DNA of 64,000 bases from a virus. The notes under the pieces were generated by a model. That model saw nothing but the letters and a program-made list of their open reading frames with translations. It was not told where the DNA came from and did no database searches. The stretch covers positions 32,001-96,000 of the IMG/VR virus record IMGVR_UViG_3300022864_000001. The stretch is one strand, 5' to 3'. The first letter of the stretch is position 1. Each line of letters starts with the position of its first letter. Shown one piece after another: positions 35,913 to 45,276 of the stretch. Position numbers and translations under genes: made by a program.

Positions 35913-37267
35913 AATTCATCCATATACGAACGGCTCCGCACGCCCGCCCAAACATCGAAAATGCTACCTATGTCAAACGCAACCCCGCCCCTCTCTTTTA
36001 CCCGCGCTGCATACATCTTCCCCAGGGGCCCCGCGCCTATGAGGAAAAGATGCCCAGGATATGGCACTTTGATTTCGTCCATTAGCTCATGGTATCTTGT
36101 AGGCCAATGGTAGTTGGCCCGCCGCTCGCGCATTGTCTGTGCCTCTACCGGAACAGGATACCATCGCACAGAGCCAATACCATACTCTGCTTGCAGTTGG
36201 CGCCCTATACCGCGGCAACCGATGATACTAATGCTCTCTCGGCCTTTCAGCAATGGTTGAAAGAGGCGTTGTTGATAAAACTCAATGTGCAAATCGCCAT
36301 TGGCCAGCTTGCCCCCGGGCGCAACGAGATTGTATGCCTTTAGGTAGAGTTCTACTTTGTCCCAGTCCCCAGGTCTGCGTCTGTGCTCCTCGTCTGGTAC
36401 GCCAATGATATCGGCCTGCCTTGCTGCTTGGCGAAGGTTGTTTGCCATGTTGGTTAAGTCGCCCCAGCTAAACTGTTGCGGCCCAAACCAATAGTCCAAT
36501 GACCGGAATAGCGGCGTCCGCCTTTCGGTAAACTCCGGCCAGGCCAGCAAGCGTGCTCCACCATCGTTTATCCTAATTACCGACAATGGTCGCCCGCTGT
36601 CTATACAATCACACAGCCTGTCTAACACCTCTACGGCATTGACATAGACAGGCTTAGGCCCAGCAGGCAGCAGATAGCCCTCTCGCATTGGTGGCATATT
36701 GCGATAGACCGGGAAACGCCATGCGGCCCAGGCCGCATCAAAGAATGCTCGGCCCAGATTGACCTTCCAGTAGATGTCGTCTACGACAATGACGCCCTTT
36801 GTATGCGCCACATTCATAATGTCCGTGTAGCACACATCATAACGGTGCAGGCCATCTACGAATGCGAAGCACAGCGGGCGTGCTTTCAATGCCGCCACGG
36901 TATCTTTGTTCGTTGACGCAGTGCGGAAGATGTCTATAATGTCTGCGTACTCCGCCGTGTTCTCTAGGAACGCGTCGTACTCCCATCCCTCGCATTCTGG
37001 CGAACCAGGCCCCCAGGGGTCTACGACGACAACGCGACGACCATACTTTTGCGCTACCTCAGCTAGTATGCAGGTTGTTACGCCGGTCTTCGCGCCAATT
37101 TCTACGAAGTCGCCAGGGAATTGCCCAGCGCATAACTCAGCGACCCAGCGCAATCTATCTGGCTGACAGTGCCCGCCGCGGCCCTTCTTGGCACATTCTG
37201 GCGCCATCGGTTCGTCGAATTCTGCTGTGATGGCTTTTACGTCGCCGTATAGGGATAATGTGTTCAT
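35813..37267 (-). CDS. class I SAM methyltransferase fused to a GT-D-like domain
   Basis: VEIGAKTG..VDPW..FVDGLH.Y; SVIRINDG..ADIIG..LIGAGPLGK..DIGSIFD. Confidence 0.75.
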   Translation of the reverse strand: MNTLSLYGDVKAITAEFDEPMAPECAKKGRGGHCQPDRLRWVAELCAGQFPGDFVEIGAKTGVTTCILAEVAQKYGRRVVVVDPWGPGSPECEGWEYDAFLENTAEYADIIDIFRTASTNKDTVAALKARPLCFAFVDGLHRYDVCYTDIMNVAHTKGVIVVDDIYWKVNLGRAFFDAAWAAWRFPVYRNMPPMREGYLLPAGPKPVYVNAVEVLDRLCDCIDSGRPLSVIRINDGGARLLAWPEFTERRTPLFRSLDYWFGPQQFSWGDLTNMANNLRQAARQADIIGVPDEEHRRRPGDWDKVELYLKAYNLVAPGGKLANGDLHIEFYQQRLFQPLLKGRESISIIGCRGIGRQLQAEYGIGSVRWYPVPVEAQTMRERRANYHWPTRYHELMDEIKVPYPGHLFLIGAGPLGKMYAARVKERGGVAFDIGSIFDVWAGVRSRSYMDELWGSLYSPVTTICTPCSPSRICLIDTGVQCSGS

Positions 37268-37467
37268 GTGACAATTCCCGACATCTCTTGCACCTCTTCT
37301 CTGGCGCACCAAGCCACAAAGCCCCGAAGCCTTCCCTCTGTAAGTTCGTAGCAACTTCCGCAAAGGTTTTCTTCGGAATCCTCTAGCATAACCAGGTAGC
37401 GATTGATTGCAAAGCGCAGCCTGTCAACGAAGCCAAATGTTATTAGAACCATGTTGTCAGTGCCCAT
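37264..37467 (-). CDS. hypothetical protein
   Basis: GGAGG RBS, ATGA coupling. Confidence 0.5.
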   Translation of the reverse strand: MGTDNMVLITFGFVDRLRFAINRYLVMLEDSEENLCGSCYELTEGRLRGFVAWCAREEVQEMSGIVT

Positions 37468-37543
37468 GTCCCCTCCAATACCATTGTTACGATACCTCAG
37501 AAGTTACAGACATCTTGCGATGAATTGTAACATCATTGAAACA

Positions 37544-37753
37544 TCACAGCCTAACAACGCGAGCGCCATCGGGCACACGGGGCAAATCCCTCCGTGGCGG
37601 GCCAAGGTTGCCATCCTCGTCCCTAGAGGCTACAAAGCAGCCCATCAGAGATTGCCATGTCCCGTGGGCAGCGATCCAGACAGCATACTCGCCACTCTCC
37701 GTTTGGCGTATTTCCCAATTTGTGAATTGCTCTGTCGCAACATATTCATTCAT
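37544..37753 (-). CDS. hypothetical protein, tandem paralog A
   Basis: MNEYVATEQFTNWEIRQ..WQSL. Confidence 0.55.
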   Translation of the reverse strand: MNEYVATEQFTNWEIRQTESGEYAVWIAAHGTWQSLMGCFVASRDEDGNLGPPRRDLPRVPDGARVVRL

Positions 37754-37950
37754 GGGAGTATCACTGGCTGACAACGCGGGCCTTCAGGGACAAGCGGCAA
37801 ATTGACGGGGCCGTCGCCCTCCTTCCAGGTGAGAGCAGCGCCAGCCAAGGATTGCCACCCGTCACCGTTCCAGACAAACAGTTGTCCGCTCTTCTTCTGC
37901 CGCACTTCTCCAACTGTAAATTGCTCTGTCGCAATATCTTCATTTAGCAC
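37750..37950 (-). CDS. hypothetical protein, tandem paralog B
   Basis: LNEDIATEQFTVGEVRQ..WQSL. Confidence 0.55.
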   Translation of the reverse strand: MLNEDIATEQFTVGEVRQKKSGQLFVWNGDGWQSLAGAALTWKEGDGPVNLPLVPEGPRCQPVILP

Positions 37951-38596
37951 GGAACATCTCCTCTCGGTGCTCAGACCGCCAGAACATATCAGGCGCAAGC
38001 CCGGGCCACAAGTTGGCAGGAATAATCCCACACTTCATGTCCATCTTCCATAAGCAGTAGGGAAAACTGAGTTGGTCTCTGAGCGTGTAGTGTAGCATCT
38101 CGGTCCACCACGCCTCGTTGAAAGTTGCTATAGTATCGGTGTTGCGGCGGACAAGTACTCCAGTAGCAAACATTGGCCCTGCGTACCCCTCTTTCAAATA
38201 GGCGGCAAGCTGTCCATAGACTGCATCGATGCTGCCACGCCCCGCAGTCACTATTGCCTTAGCTTCCTCGCGAATATCTTTATGCCACGGATGTTTGAAC
38301 GCTGCCATGTCATGTCCGTCCAAGAAGCACGCTACCTCGTCGGGCAATACCTTTAGCCCTATGTCGCCGTCGTGCCAAATAGTTGTGTCGGTATTGGGGA
38401 ACCATCTGTGGGGCAATGCCTTGTACATGCGCGCCTCGCGTCGCGGGTCTTTATGCTTTCTCTCTACAATGCGTATGTCCCAACCACGGGAGTTTACGTT
38501 AGCATCAGTGAAACAGACGTGGTGAGCATGGGCTGTTTTGTTGGGGATGAGAAAGTCGTAATTGCCGAATATGGCTGTATATACGACGGTCTTCAC
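37940..38596 (-). CDS. DUF616/TOD1-MUCI70-like glycosyltransferase
   Basis: VVYTAIFGNYD, CFTD, KALPHR, RDQLSFPY. Confidence 0.8.
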   Translation of the reverse strand: MKTVVYTAIFGNYDFLIPNKTAHAHHVCFTDANVNSRGWDIRIVERKHKDPRREARMYKALPHRWFPNTDTTIWHDGDIGLKVLPDEVACFLDGHDMAAFKHPWHKDIREEAKAIVTAGRGSIDAVYGQLAAYLKEGYAGPMFATGVLVRRNTDTIATFNEAWWTEMLHYTLRDQLSFPYCLWKMDMKCGIIPANLWPGLAPDMFWRSEHREEMFRAK

Positions 38597-39180
38597 AGCA
38601 TCCCCTCTAGCACCTTGAACCTCAACGTCGCGCTATCTTGCAGCTTCCAATCGCTTATCGTTGCCCCCACCGCATGCTCGACAAATACGTGTTGCGCCAG
38701 AACGCTTCGCCATCCCTTCTTGTATGCCTGAAGAGTAAGCCAATTGTCTGAACCGTAATGGACAAAGTCGGGGTCAAGCAGCCCCACATCGGCGAAGACT
38801 TCGCTCTTTATGAGCGTACAGAAGAAAGACAATAGAAATACGCGCCTGTGACCAAACGGCATCCCCGGCCAGCCAGAAGATTGTATCTCACCCCGACACC
38901 TGCCACTAGGCCCAGCGAAGCCGTATTCAGGCTTGCTATCTATGGCCTCCCTGAGCAGTACAAGCCAGTTGTCCGTTATTGGAACAGCGTCGTCGTTGAG
39001 CAAACACACATAATCGGTATCAAGCCGACGCAGCCCCTTATTGACAGTCTTGGTAAATCCATCCCCGTCTACATCATGGACAATATCTAGCTTGGCCTCA
39101 CACCCAGCATTGGCTAAGGCAGCCCGCCCAGTTGCTGCTGCAACATCAGGGCGCAACGTGGGGATGATGATGGTTATCAT
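38593..39180 (-). CDS. glycosyltransferase family 2
   Basis: IIIPT, GF..VNKG, LLNDD, GLLD..F..YGSD. Confidence 0.88.
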   Translation of the reverse strand: MITIIIPTLRPDVAAATGRAALANAGCEAKLDIVHDVDGDGFTKTVNKGLRRLDTDYVCLLNDDAVPITDNWLVLLREAIDSKPEYGFAGPSGRCRGEIQSSGWPGMPFGHRRVFLLSFFCTLIKSEVFADVGLLDPDFVHYGSDNWLTLQAYKKGWRSVLAQHVFVEHAVGATISDWKLQDSATLRFKVLEGML

Positions 39181-39758
39181 TTCCTTACGTACCATACTGT
39201 ATCAGGCAAAAACCATACGTCTTCAAGCAATTCGTCTACCGCCCGTATTACGCCAAGATACTGTGGCTCGTAGTCATGGCCCGCCAAGATGCCTCCCGTC
39301 CGTACAATGGGCAACCACGCCCTAATGTCGTCCTTTACTGACCGATACGAGTGATTGCCATCAATATACACCAAATCAAGCGATTCTGGCTCAAATAACT
39401 TCGCCGCCCATACTGACGGCAGCCGCCATACGTGAACTATTTCGGGGTATTGTGCTCCAAACCGCAACGCGTGTTGAAAATCGCCCTCCCAATCAATAAC
39501 ATGCCCTATCTCACAACCAACGCGGTCCTCGCCCACAGCGCCCTCAACCGCATATGACCGCCATGGGTCAATAAGATGGTAAGCATCGAGTTGCTCCGCG
39601 CACGTAGACAATACCATTTCTGAACTATAGCACTTGTGTACACCCACTTCGGCTACGGTTCGGCACTTACCGACTCGTATGAGGCCCACGAGTGACTGCG
39701 TATGCATTCCAGGTACGCGGTAGCGCTGGGCAGCTGCTTTCCGCCTATCGCTCACCAC
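39177..39758 (-). CDS. class I SAM methyltransferase (Methyltransf_24-like)
   Basis: AEVGV, IDPW, DLVYIDGNHSY..V..DI..W..GGILAGHDY. Confidence 0.88.
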   Translation of the reverse strand: MVSDRRKAAAQRYRVPGMHTQSLVGLIRVGKCRTVAEVGVHKCYSSEMVLSTCAEQLDAYHLIDPWRSYAVEGAVGEDRVGCEIGHVIDWEGDFQHALRFGAQYPEIVHVWRLPSVWAAKLFEPESLDLVYIDGNHSYRSVKDDIRAWLPIVRTGGILAGHDYEPQYLGVIRAVDELLEDVWFLPDTVWYVRK

Positions 39759-39973
39759 TCAATATCCTCGCTTATCGTGCGTTCTTCTTCCCACCAAAAC
39801 AGCGCCCGGTGGGCGTCTCGGACATGGCCCGCCGCGACATCTACCGCATCGAGGAATGGATTGTCTTCGTCGCGACCCTGATTATCCTGCCACGCCTCAA
39901 TATCACCCAAGAGGGTGAAGAGTTCGTCTTGCCAACGACCAGCGCGGCGCTCTGCATTAAGGGGCACTCGCAT
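39752..39973 (-). CDS. hypothetical protein
   Basis: ORF in operon. Confidence 0.45.
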   Translation of the reverse strand: MRVPLNAERRAGRWQDELFTLLGDIEAWQDNQGRDEDNPFLDAVDVAAGHVRDAHRALFWWEEERTISEDIEW

Positions 39974-40265
39974 CGTCCACAACCCCAATGAACTCATCTA
40001 AAAACCCGCGCATCTCCTGCGCCTTATCCTTGCTAATGAGAACACAGTCCCAATGTCCATATTTACAACGATAACCGAACACGTAACGTATGGCCGTCCA
40101 TAAACGACGGAAGATATTCTCCCACGTTATCAAATGCGGTTCCATGTACAACTCGTCTTCATCACCGCCATAACCGGGCCAATAGGTCAGGATAAACTGG
40201 TGTTCTGGCGAACCGCAACTGCAACTGATTAGTTTTTCGCGCGGGCTTCCATCTCGTCGAGCCAT
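39957..40265 (-). CDS. hypothetical phage protein
   Basis: C.CGSPEH..RLWTAIRYVFG..YGHWD. Confidence 0.6.
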   Translation of the reverse strand: MARRDGSPREKLISCSCGSPEHQFILTYWPGYGGDEDELYMEPHLITWENIFRRLWTAIRYVFGYRCKYGHWDCVLISKDKAQEMRGFLDEFIGVVDDASAP

Positions 40266-40504
40266 TGGTAGAATCCTTTCGCAGACATGTCGCGCTTGCT
40301 TGGATCGTCATGCCCATCGCACGCTAGGAAGATTGCCCAAACTGCCCCATTCAATGTCCCTGAAAGGTCGTACAGGTCTTCGCTGAACTTGAAGGCGCCA
40401 ACAATGTTCTCGGCATGCCTTTCGGCCCACTTCTGGAACTCGGCGGCGAGCGGGGCCATTTCTTCTGAAGGGCTTTCTTTGCCCCCAATAGGGTTAGCCA
40501 TCAC
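40229..40504 (-). CDS. hypothetical protein
   Basis: AGGAG RBS. Confidence 0.5.
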   Translation of the reverse strand: MMANPIGGKESPSEEMAPLAAEFQKWAERHAENIVGAFKFSEDLYDLSGTLNGAVWAIFLACDGHDDPSKRDMSAKGFYQWLDEMEARAKN

Positions 40505-41286
40505 ATATTCTCCTTTACAATTTCCCAAAATCGCCCTGCGCTGTTCTCCAGGGCAGCAGGGTCATTCTCTAAATACCATTGCGACCCGATTAAGCCATTC
40601 AAGATTAACTCACATCCTGCGGCATCGGCCTCCACCACGGTTCTTCCAAAGCCATCAAGTACACGTGGCAGATACAGGAACTTCTCATAACCCGCCATTA
40701 GCTTAGGAACATCATCGTACCCAACGGGCCCGCGATACCACACATACTGTTCTTGACTCGGTATCGCCGTACCAGCACCATAGAAGTGGACAATCTCTTT
40801 GTGCGCCCTGGCCCAATGTACAGCCTCTAGAGTGCCCTTGTGCCGGTGCATTGCCCCAATCCAGATAATCCCTTCTCGCCTAGTGCTCCGTCTAGCAGCT
40901 TCTCTGAACCGCCCCAAGTCTACTGGCGGCGGGACGACTTCTGTTGGCACGTTTACAGGATACATGAAGTAAGACCCGTGAACCGGACTGTTGAAAATAA
41001 CAACTTTGCTGTTGCCAAGAAACCACTCGCGTAGTTCGTCGTCACCTTCTGGCCACTGATCCCTTACCGATTTCACGACAGGTCTTTGTACAAAGCATTC
41101 GATGGCCGACGCATCGTATTCAGTCACATTCAGGGCAACGTAGGCGCCTACATCTGCCGCAATATCGTTTGGCGGGCAGGGAACAATTTCTGCCCAAGCA
41201 GGAGCCGCGGCAACAAGGGCGTCGCCAGAAAGCTCAGCGCCGCCGCGGAAACCAACTACCCCGTCCGCTACCCATCCTATGCGCAT
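40501..41286 (-). CDS. glycosyltransferase, GT4-like
   Basis: GGAELS, HKG, DGFGRTVVEA. Confidence 0.82.
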   Translation of the reverse strand: MRIGWVADGVVGFRGGAELSGDALVAAAPAWAEIVPCPPNDIAADVGAYVALNVTEYDASAIECFVQRPVVKSVRDQWPEGDDELREWFLGNSKVVIFNSPVHGSYFMYPVNVPTEVVPPPVDLGRFREAARRSTRREGIIWIGAMHRHKGTLEAVHWARAHKEIVHFYGAGTAIPSQEQYVWYRGPVGYDDVPKLMAGYEKFLYLPRVLDGFGRTVVEADAAGCELILNGLIGSQWYLENDPAALENSAGRFWEIVKENM

Positions 41287-41633
41287 GTTTGCCCAAACCG
41301 AGCTTCTGGAATATCAAGTTTCAGCAAGTCTGTTGAACCATATCGGTCAATGTGTATCTGTACAATGTTGTCGCGCTCAGCACGAATCACAATGTGCGAA
41401 TCCCGGTAAGTGGCGATGCCAAGACTCTCTAGCTGGTTAAATAGCTCCTCGCGACTAATGCCTATTATGGCCGTCGTGCCAATATGGTCAACGCGTATCC
41501 GCACAATTTCTTCGTTGATGCTAAGGGAAATCTCTACACACCGTGTCTCGTAGGGAACAATGCCCCTTCCCCACAACCAATAGATGAACTCCTGGCCCAA
41601 TATGGGGTCTGCGCGCGTGTCTGTTTCAGCCAT
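41277..41633 (-). CDS. hypothetical protein with internal duplication
   Basis: Two LGI..IV.I.+D..G+T units. Confidence 0.55.
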   Translation of the reverse strand: MAETDTRADPILGQEFIYWLWGRGIVPYETRCVEISLSINEEIVRIRVDHIGTTAIIGISREELFNQLESLGIATYRDSHIVIRAERDNIVQIHIDRYGSTDLLKLDIPEARFGQTCA

Positions 41634-41654
41634 CTAGTGACTCTCCCTACAATC

Positions 41655-41891
41655 TCAACTTCTCAACCTATGACTATTTGATTCATGAGACCTCGCCCAC
41701 CTCGTTACAGCGGCAACACGGCCGTCATTCTCTTGTTGTTCAGGATGCTCTTGAGCCTCGTACTCAGCATCGTCAACGGCATCATCAATAGCATCGCGTT
41801 CTGCGTCGCTAACTTCTAGTTCTTCGTCTGTGACTTTGGCCCATGCCTTGTTGCCCTGGCGGGGCCCAAACCCGTAAGTGCCTGGTGTCAT
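41655..41891 (-). CDS. hypothetical protein
   Basis: ATGA coupling. Confidence 0.4.
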   Translation of the reverse strand: MTPGTYGFGPRQGNKAWAKVTDEELEVSDAERDAIDDAVDDAEYEAQEHPEQQENDGRVAAVTRWARSHESNSHRLRS

Positions 41892-42310
41892 GTTATGACG
41901 CTCTCCGCCCAAATTACATTAAATGCCGCCCACGCGTACGGCCACCCAAATTCTTTCTCATACATTATCGCAGGCCCGCCCACCAGGAAGGCTTGCATAA
42001 TTCTCCTCGTCGTGGATACTGATTGCAGCCCTGCCCTATGTAATGCGTTGAATAGTTTTCTATAAATTTGCCAAGCCGCGAGGGGCGTTGAGCCATATGC
42101 GTATATATCATTACGCTCCGTATATACCGGAACGCTAATCTCTGCAATCGCGCTGCTAGGGATGAGTAGTACGGCATCCCGCGGCATACTGGAAAACTCA
42201 TCGTCAGGCAATTTTGCTGCCCAGATACGATTTGACACAGCAGTCGCCAATGTAGAATCGCTTAGCAAAAATGTACGCAATAACGCAGGCGTGTTAATGA
42301 GATCGGTCAT
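41888..42310 (-). CDS. tail terminator/completion protein
   Basis: L..D..L...V.NRIW...P; synteny. Confidence 0.7.
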   Translation of the reverse strand: MTDLINTPALLRTFLLSDSTLATAVSNRIWAAKLPDDEFSSMPRDAVLLIPSSAIAEISVPVYTERNDIYAYGSTPLAAWQIYRKLFNALHRAGLQSVSTTRRIMQAFLVGGPAIMYEKEFGWPYAWAAFNVIWAESVIT

Positions 42311-42756
42311 TTGGCTAACTTGCCCGCGAGCACATGGTAAAGTCTCTTGGCAACATTACTGAACCCTTGCACGGCTGCTTGACTCGACGGATAGAGCCAC
42401 GGGTAAATATATCGATTTCCTTTGTGGCTCTGCCACCCCAGTTCGAGATCGACGTCGTAGGTTTGTCCGCCAGGCAACTTACTGAATACAGCAGCCTCAG
42501 CCAGGTGCTCAGTATCACGTATTACAGCCATCCCGATAGCGTCCCGCAATTGGCCTGTGTCCACATTCGGGAGAAAGCCCGGCCAGGTTTTGTGCGGATG
42601 TGGGCCTGGGCCTACCCCCGGCGAGACATTGTGCTTGGCTTGTGTTTGGACGGCTTTAGCAAGCTCTGTGACTACAGCTCGGGCGTACTTACGGCCCCCA
42701 AGCTTTAACTCCGCGGTATTTAATTGCACCGTAACGCTGCCAGCGATTCTTGTCAT
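42307..42756 (-). CDS. HK97 gp10-like neck protein
   Basis: VDTGQLRDAI, LELG, YPWLYP. Confidence 0.75.
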   Translation of the reverse strand: MTRIAGSVTVQLNTAELKLGGRKYARAVVTELAKAVQTQAKHNVSPGVGPGPHPHKTWPGFLPNVDTGQLRDAIGMAVIRDTEHLAEAAVFSKLPGGQTYDVDLELGWQSHKGNRYIYPWLYPSSQAAVQGFSNVAKRLYHVLAGKLAK

Positions 42757-42781
42757 GGATTATCTACCTTGCCCACGATAC

Positions 42782-42810
42782 ATTTTACCACAGAAGCGAT
42801 AACTTGTCAA
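42782..42810 (-). promoter_or_regulatory. sigma70-type promoter facing the downstream late genes
   Basis: TTGACA-17-TAAAAT with TG. Confidence 0.75.
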
Positions 42811-42851
42811 GTGGGAGATACGAGATGTTTTGCACGCTTGTACTCTGCGAT

Positions 42852-42880
42852 TTGACAAAATATCGATTATGGTGTATACT
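42852..42880 (+). promoter_or_regulatory. sigma70-type promoter (near-leaderless mRNA)
   Basis: TTGACA-17-TATACT; ATG 9 nt downstream. Confidence 0.75.
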
Positions 42881-42889
42881 ACCAGCACT

Positions 42890-43099
42890 ATGAATAAACA
42901 AACAAACCTCGTTACGACTGCGCAAGCTGCTACCCAACTGGGCCTCACCTACTATCGCGTGATACAATTCATCCACGGTAGTCGTCTCCCCGCCGTGAAG
43001 CTGGGACGAGACTGGCTCATCCAACAGAAAGACCTCGATAAGTTTGCGGCTATCCCCCGTAAGACGGGAAGGCCGAGAAAGGCGAAAAATGATGGCTAA
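42890..43099 (+). CDS. HTH_17/excisionase-like DNA-binding protein with AT-hook
   Basis: TTAQAATQLG..RLPAVKLGRDWLI..GRPRK. Confidence 0.82.
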   Translation: MNKQTNLVTTAQAATQLGLTYYRVIQFIHGSRLPAVKLGRDWLIQQKDLDKFAAIPRKTGRPRKAKNDG

Positions 43100-44021
43100 C
43101 AAGCGTCGCCGCCGCCCTATTGTCTGTGGTGTCTACGAGATAAGAAATCTAACCACACAAAAACGATATGTTGGAAGTTCAAAGAATATTTTCCGTCGTT
43201 GGCAAGACCACAAATCTAGATTGGTTCGTGGTTTCCATCACTCGAAATACTTGCAGCGCGCCTGGTACAAACATGGGGCAGCAGATTTTGTACTCTCCAT
43301 TCTAGAACTGGTTGATAGCGAGACCCACCTAATAGGGCGAGAACAATATTGGATGGACACCCTGCAATCCTTTGAGCGCGACAAGGGCTACAATGCTGAC
43401 CCCATTGCTGGCAGCGAGCAGGGCATTACTGCCAAGGCCATTGGTTCCAATCACGGCCTGACAACGTTGACTGAGGCACAGGTAGCGATTATTAAACAGC
43501 GCCTTGCCCTTGGTGACACCCTGAATATGATTGCTAAGGATTATGGCGTTTGTTTTCAAACCATTAGCAATATCAAGCGCGGGCTTGTATGGCTACATGT
43601 GCCCAATCCCATACTAAGCGATGCCCAGAGACAAGAAGCAACAAGCCGCCACAAAAGACTGCGCAGTCTTCTAAGCCCCAAGACCAAGCTCGCCGAAGAA
43701 GACGTTATCGAAATTCGGCAACGCGCTGCCGCAGGCGAAACAGGCGTTTCCATCGCTAAAGACTACCCCGTTGGCTTTGGAGCAATTTGCGCCGCTATCA
43801 GCGGCAAGACTTGGAAGTCCACGCCAGGGCCCATCATACCTGATAGGAAGCGCGGCGAGGGTTCATCCTATGCCAAACTTACCGCTAAGGCTGTCTGCGA
43901 AATTAGATGCAGGCTAAAGAATGGCGAATCCGCGGGGTCCATTGCCAAAGATTATCCGGTAACAAAGTCCGCTATCGGACGCATAAAACTAGGACAAACA
44001 TGGAGACGCCTTATCTGTTAG
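43092..44021 (+). CDS. GIY-YIG homing endonuclease with three C-terminal HTH repeats
   Basis: GVYEI..YVGSS..R..H; three KL..V.EIR..G..IAKDY.V..I..G.TW units. Confidence 0.88.
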   Translation: MANKRRRRPIVCGVYEIRNLTTQKRYVGSSKNIFRRWQDHKSRLVRGFHHSKYLQRAWYKHGAADFVLSILELVDSETHLIGREQYWMDTLQSFERDKGYNADPIAGSEQGITAKAIGSNHGLTTLTEAQVAIIKQRLALGDTLNMIAKDYGVCFQTISNIKRGLVWLHVPNPILSDAQRQEATSRHKRLRSLLSPKTKLAEEDVIEIRQRAAAGETGVSIAKDYPVGFGAICAAISGKTWKSTPGPIIPDRKRGEGSSYAKLTAKAVCEIRCRLKNGESAGSIAKDYPVTKSAIGRIKLGQTWRRLIC

Positions 44022-44416
44022 GGCACGGCCCTGTTGCAATAAACTTCAAGGTGCGAATCTGATCTCGCGCCAGTTCTTACAGCGACTAGCTCCGCGTTCA
44101 GGGTTAGCGCGCCATACGGTGAACTGCTAAATACAAGCCGGGCTTGTTCGCCGAACGTTGGCGCACCCGAGGAGTATGTGTCGCTATCCAGAGCTATGAA
44201 CACCTGAAATTCTGCGGCCACCATCTCACCCCTCGTGGGCGAAAAAACCTCCCACGGGCGGCCTGCTTCAAGGGTCCTAAGTCTACACTTTACGTCTGCC
44301 ACCAGAGTGCCCCAAACTTTTACCGGCTGTCCAAAGTCGTCGTCAGCAACGGTCGTCCACGTCTCTATCGTACACTTGTGCGGCAGAATGGCCTTAAACC
44401 AACGACTTGTGCCCAT
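44018..44416 (-). CDS. head closure protein
   Basis: DDFGQPV..W..VKCR..HLEVYC; synteny. Confidence 0.7.
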   Translation of the reverse strand: MGTSRWFKAILPHKCTIETWTTVADDDFGQPVKVWGTLVADVKCRLRTLEAGRPWEVFSPTRGEMVAAEFQVFIALDSDTYSSGAPTFGEQARLVFSSSPYGALTLNAELVAVRTGARSDSHLEVYCNRAVP

Positions 44417-45267
44417 CAGAACCTATTCCAATAACTGCGGTATTTGTATTCCTCAATGATGAGGCCCACATCGTATGGGGCGGCCTCGCGTATGTCACGG
44501 CTGAGGAAAAATCCCATCGCTTGCTCAAAATCACCCTGCCTGACACGCGACACGCCTATTGTTTCCGCGTAATTGAGCAGAAAAACAACCCACCCGTTAG
44601 CCGCCCTCGTGATAGGCCCTTCCACGAGCCAGATACTAATCGCGTCGCCGTTGGCGTGAGCGGCAGCGGTCGTGCCGTTGATCCCCCGCGTGACAGTTAG
44701 CACTTCAGTAGTGGTATCTCGGTCCGTGATGAGCATCTGCTCGTCGTTGACCTTGATTGTTTGGCGTGTAGCAAAGACGGCAGCATCGACTACGGTAACA
44801 CTAGTCACGGCAGCGGTAATACCACCAACGTCCTGTACCGTATCGCCGCTATCGGGCCAGGAGTTGCTATAGTCGGTGGAATAGCCCCATTTGCCTGCCA
44901 ACGACAATGCCCTTTGCAGCGAACCTGACCACTGGAACAGCGTGCCCGTATCGGTGCGGATATGCAGGCGTCGGTACGGAGGGCCGTTGAGTGGGTAAGT
45001 ATAGAAATCCGTGCCATCGACAAGCACATCGTCGTCCCCATTGGTGAACGTCGTGACAGCCAAGAGGTCGCGGTCTAGAATAAGTCTCCAATGGTCCTGA
45101 AAGTCGTAGTATCTGGTGCTAGACAGCTCATAGAAGAACCTATGCGTAAGAGCGTCTATCTCGCGGCTTACGACGGGTATGAGAGCCGAGATCGCCGAGT
45201 CGTCGTCTGTCCCAGATATGCCTGCGTATAATTTTGCAGAGGCCAACGTGGTGTAGTCACTAAACAT
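44416..45267 (-). CDS. head-tail connector (gp6-like) with inserted domain
   Basis: YTTLASAKLY..DD..I..LI..SREID..T.RFF; GKWGY; RGINGTTAAAH insert. Confidence 0.75.
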   Translation of the reverse strand: MFSDYTTLASAKLYAGISGTDDDSAISALIPVVSREIDALTHRFFYELSSTRYYDFQDHWRLILDRDLLAVTTFTNGDDDVLVDGTDFYTYPLNGPPYRRLHIRTDTGTLFQWSGSLQRALSLAGKWGYSTDYSNSWPDSGDTVQDVGGITAAVTSVTVVDAAVFATRQTIKVNDEQMLITDRDTTTEVLTVTRGINGTTAAAHANGDAISIWLVEGPITRAANGWVVFLLNYAETIGVSRVRQGDFEQAMGFFLSRDIREAAPYDVGLIIEEYKYRSYWNRF

Positions 45268-45276
45268 AGTCTATCC

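Noticed and set aside
41084-41095. Fourth CTTTGTACAAAG palindrome
   Set aside because: Only 12 bp and inside a coding region; may be coincidental.
42890-43099. Excisionase implying an integration module
   Set aside because: No integrase or att site was seen; the gene is coupled to a homing endonuclease.
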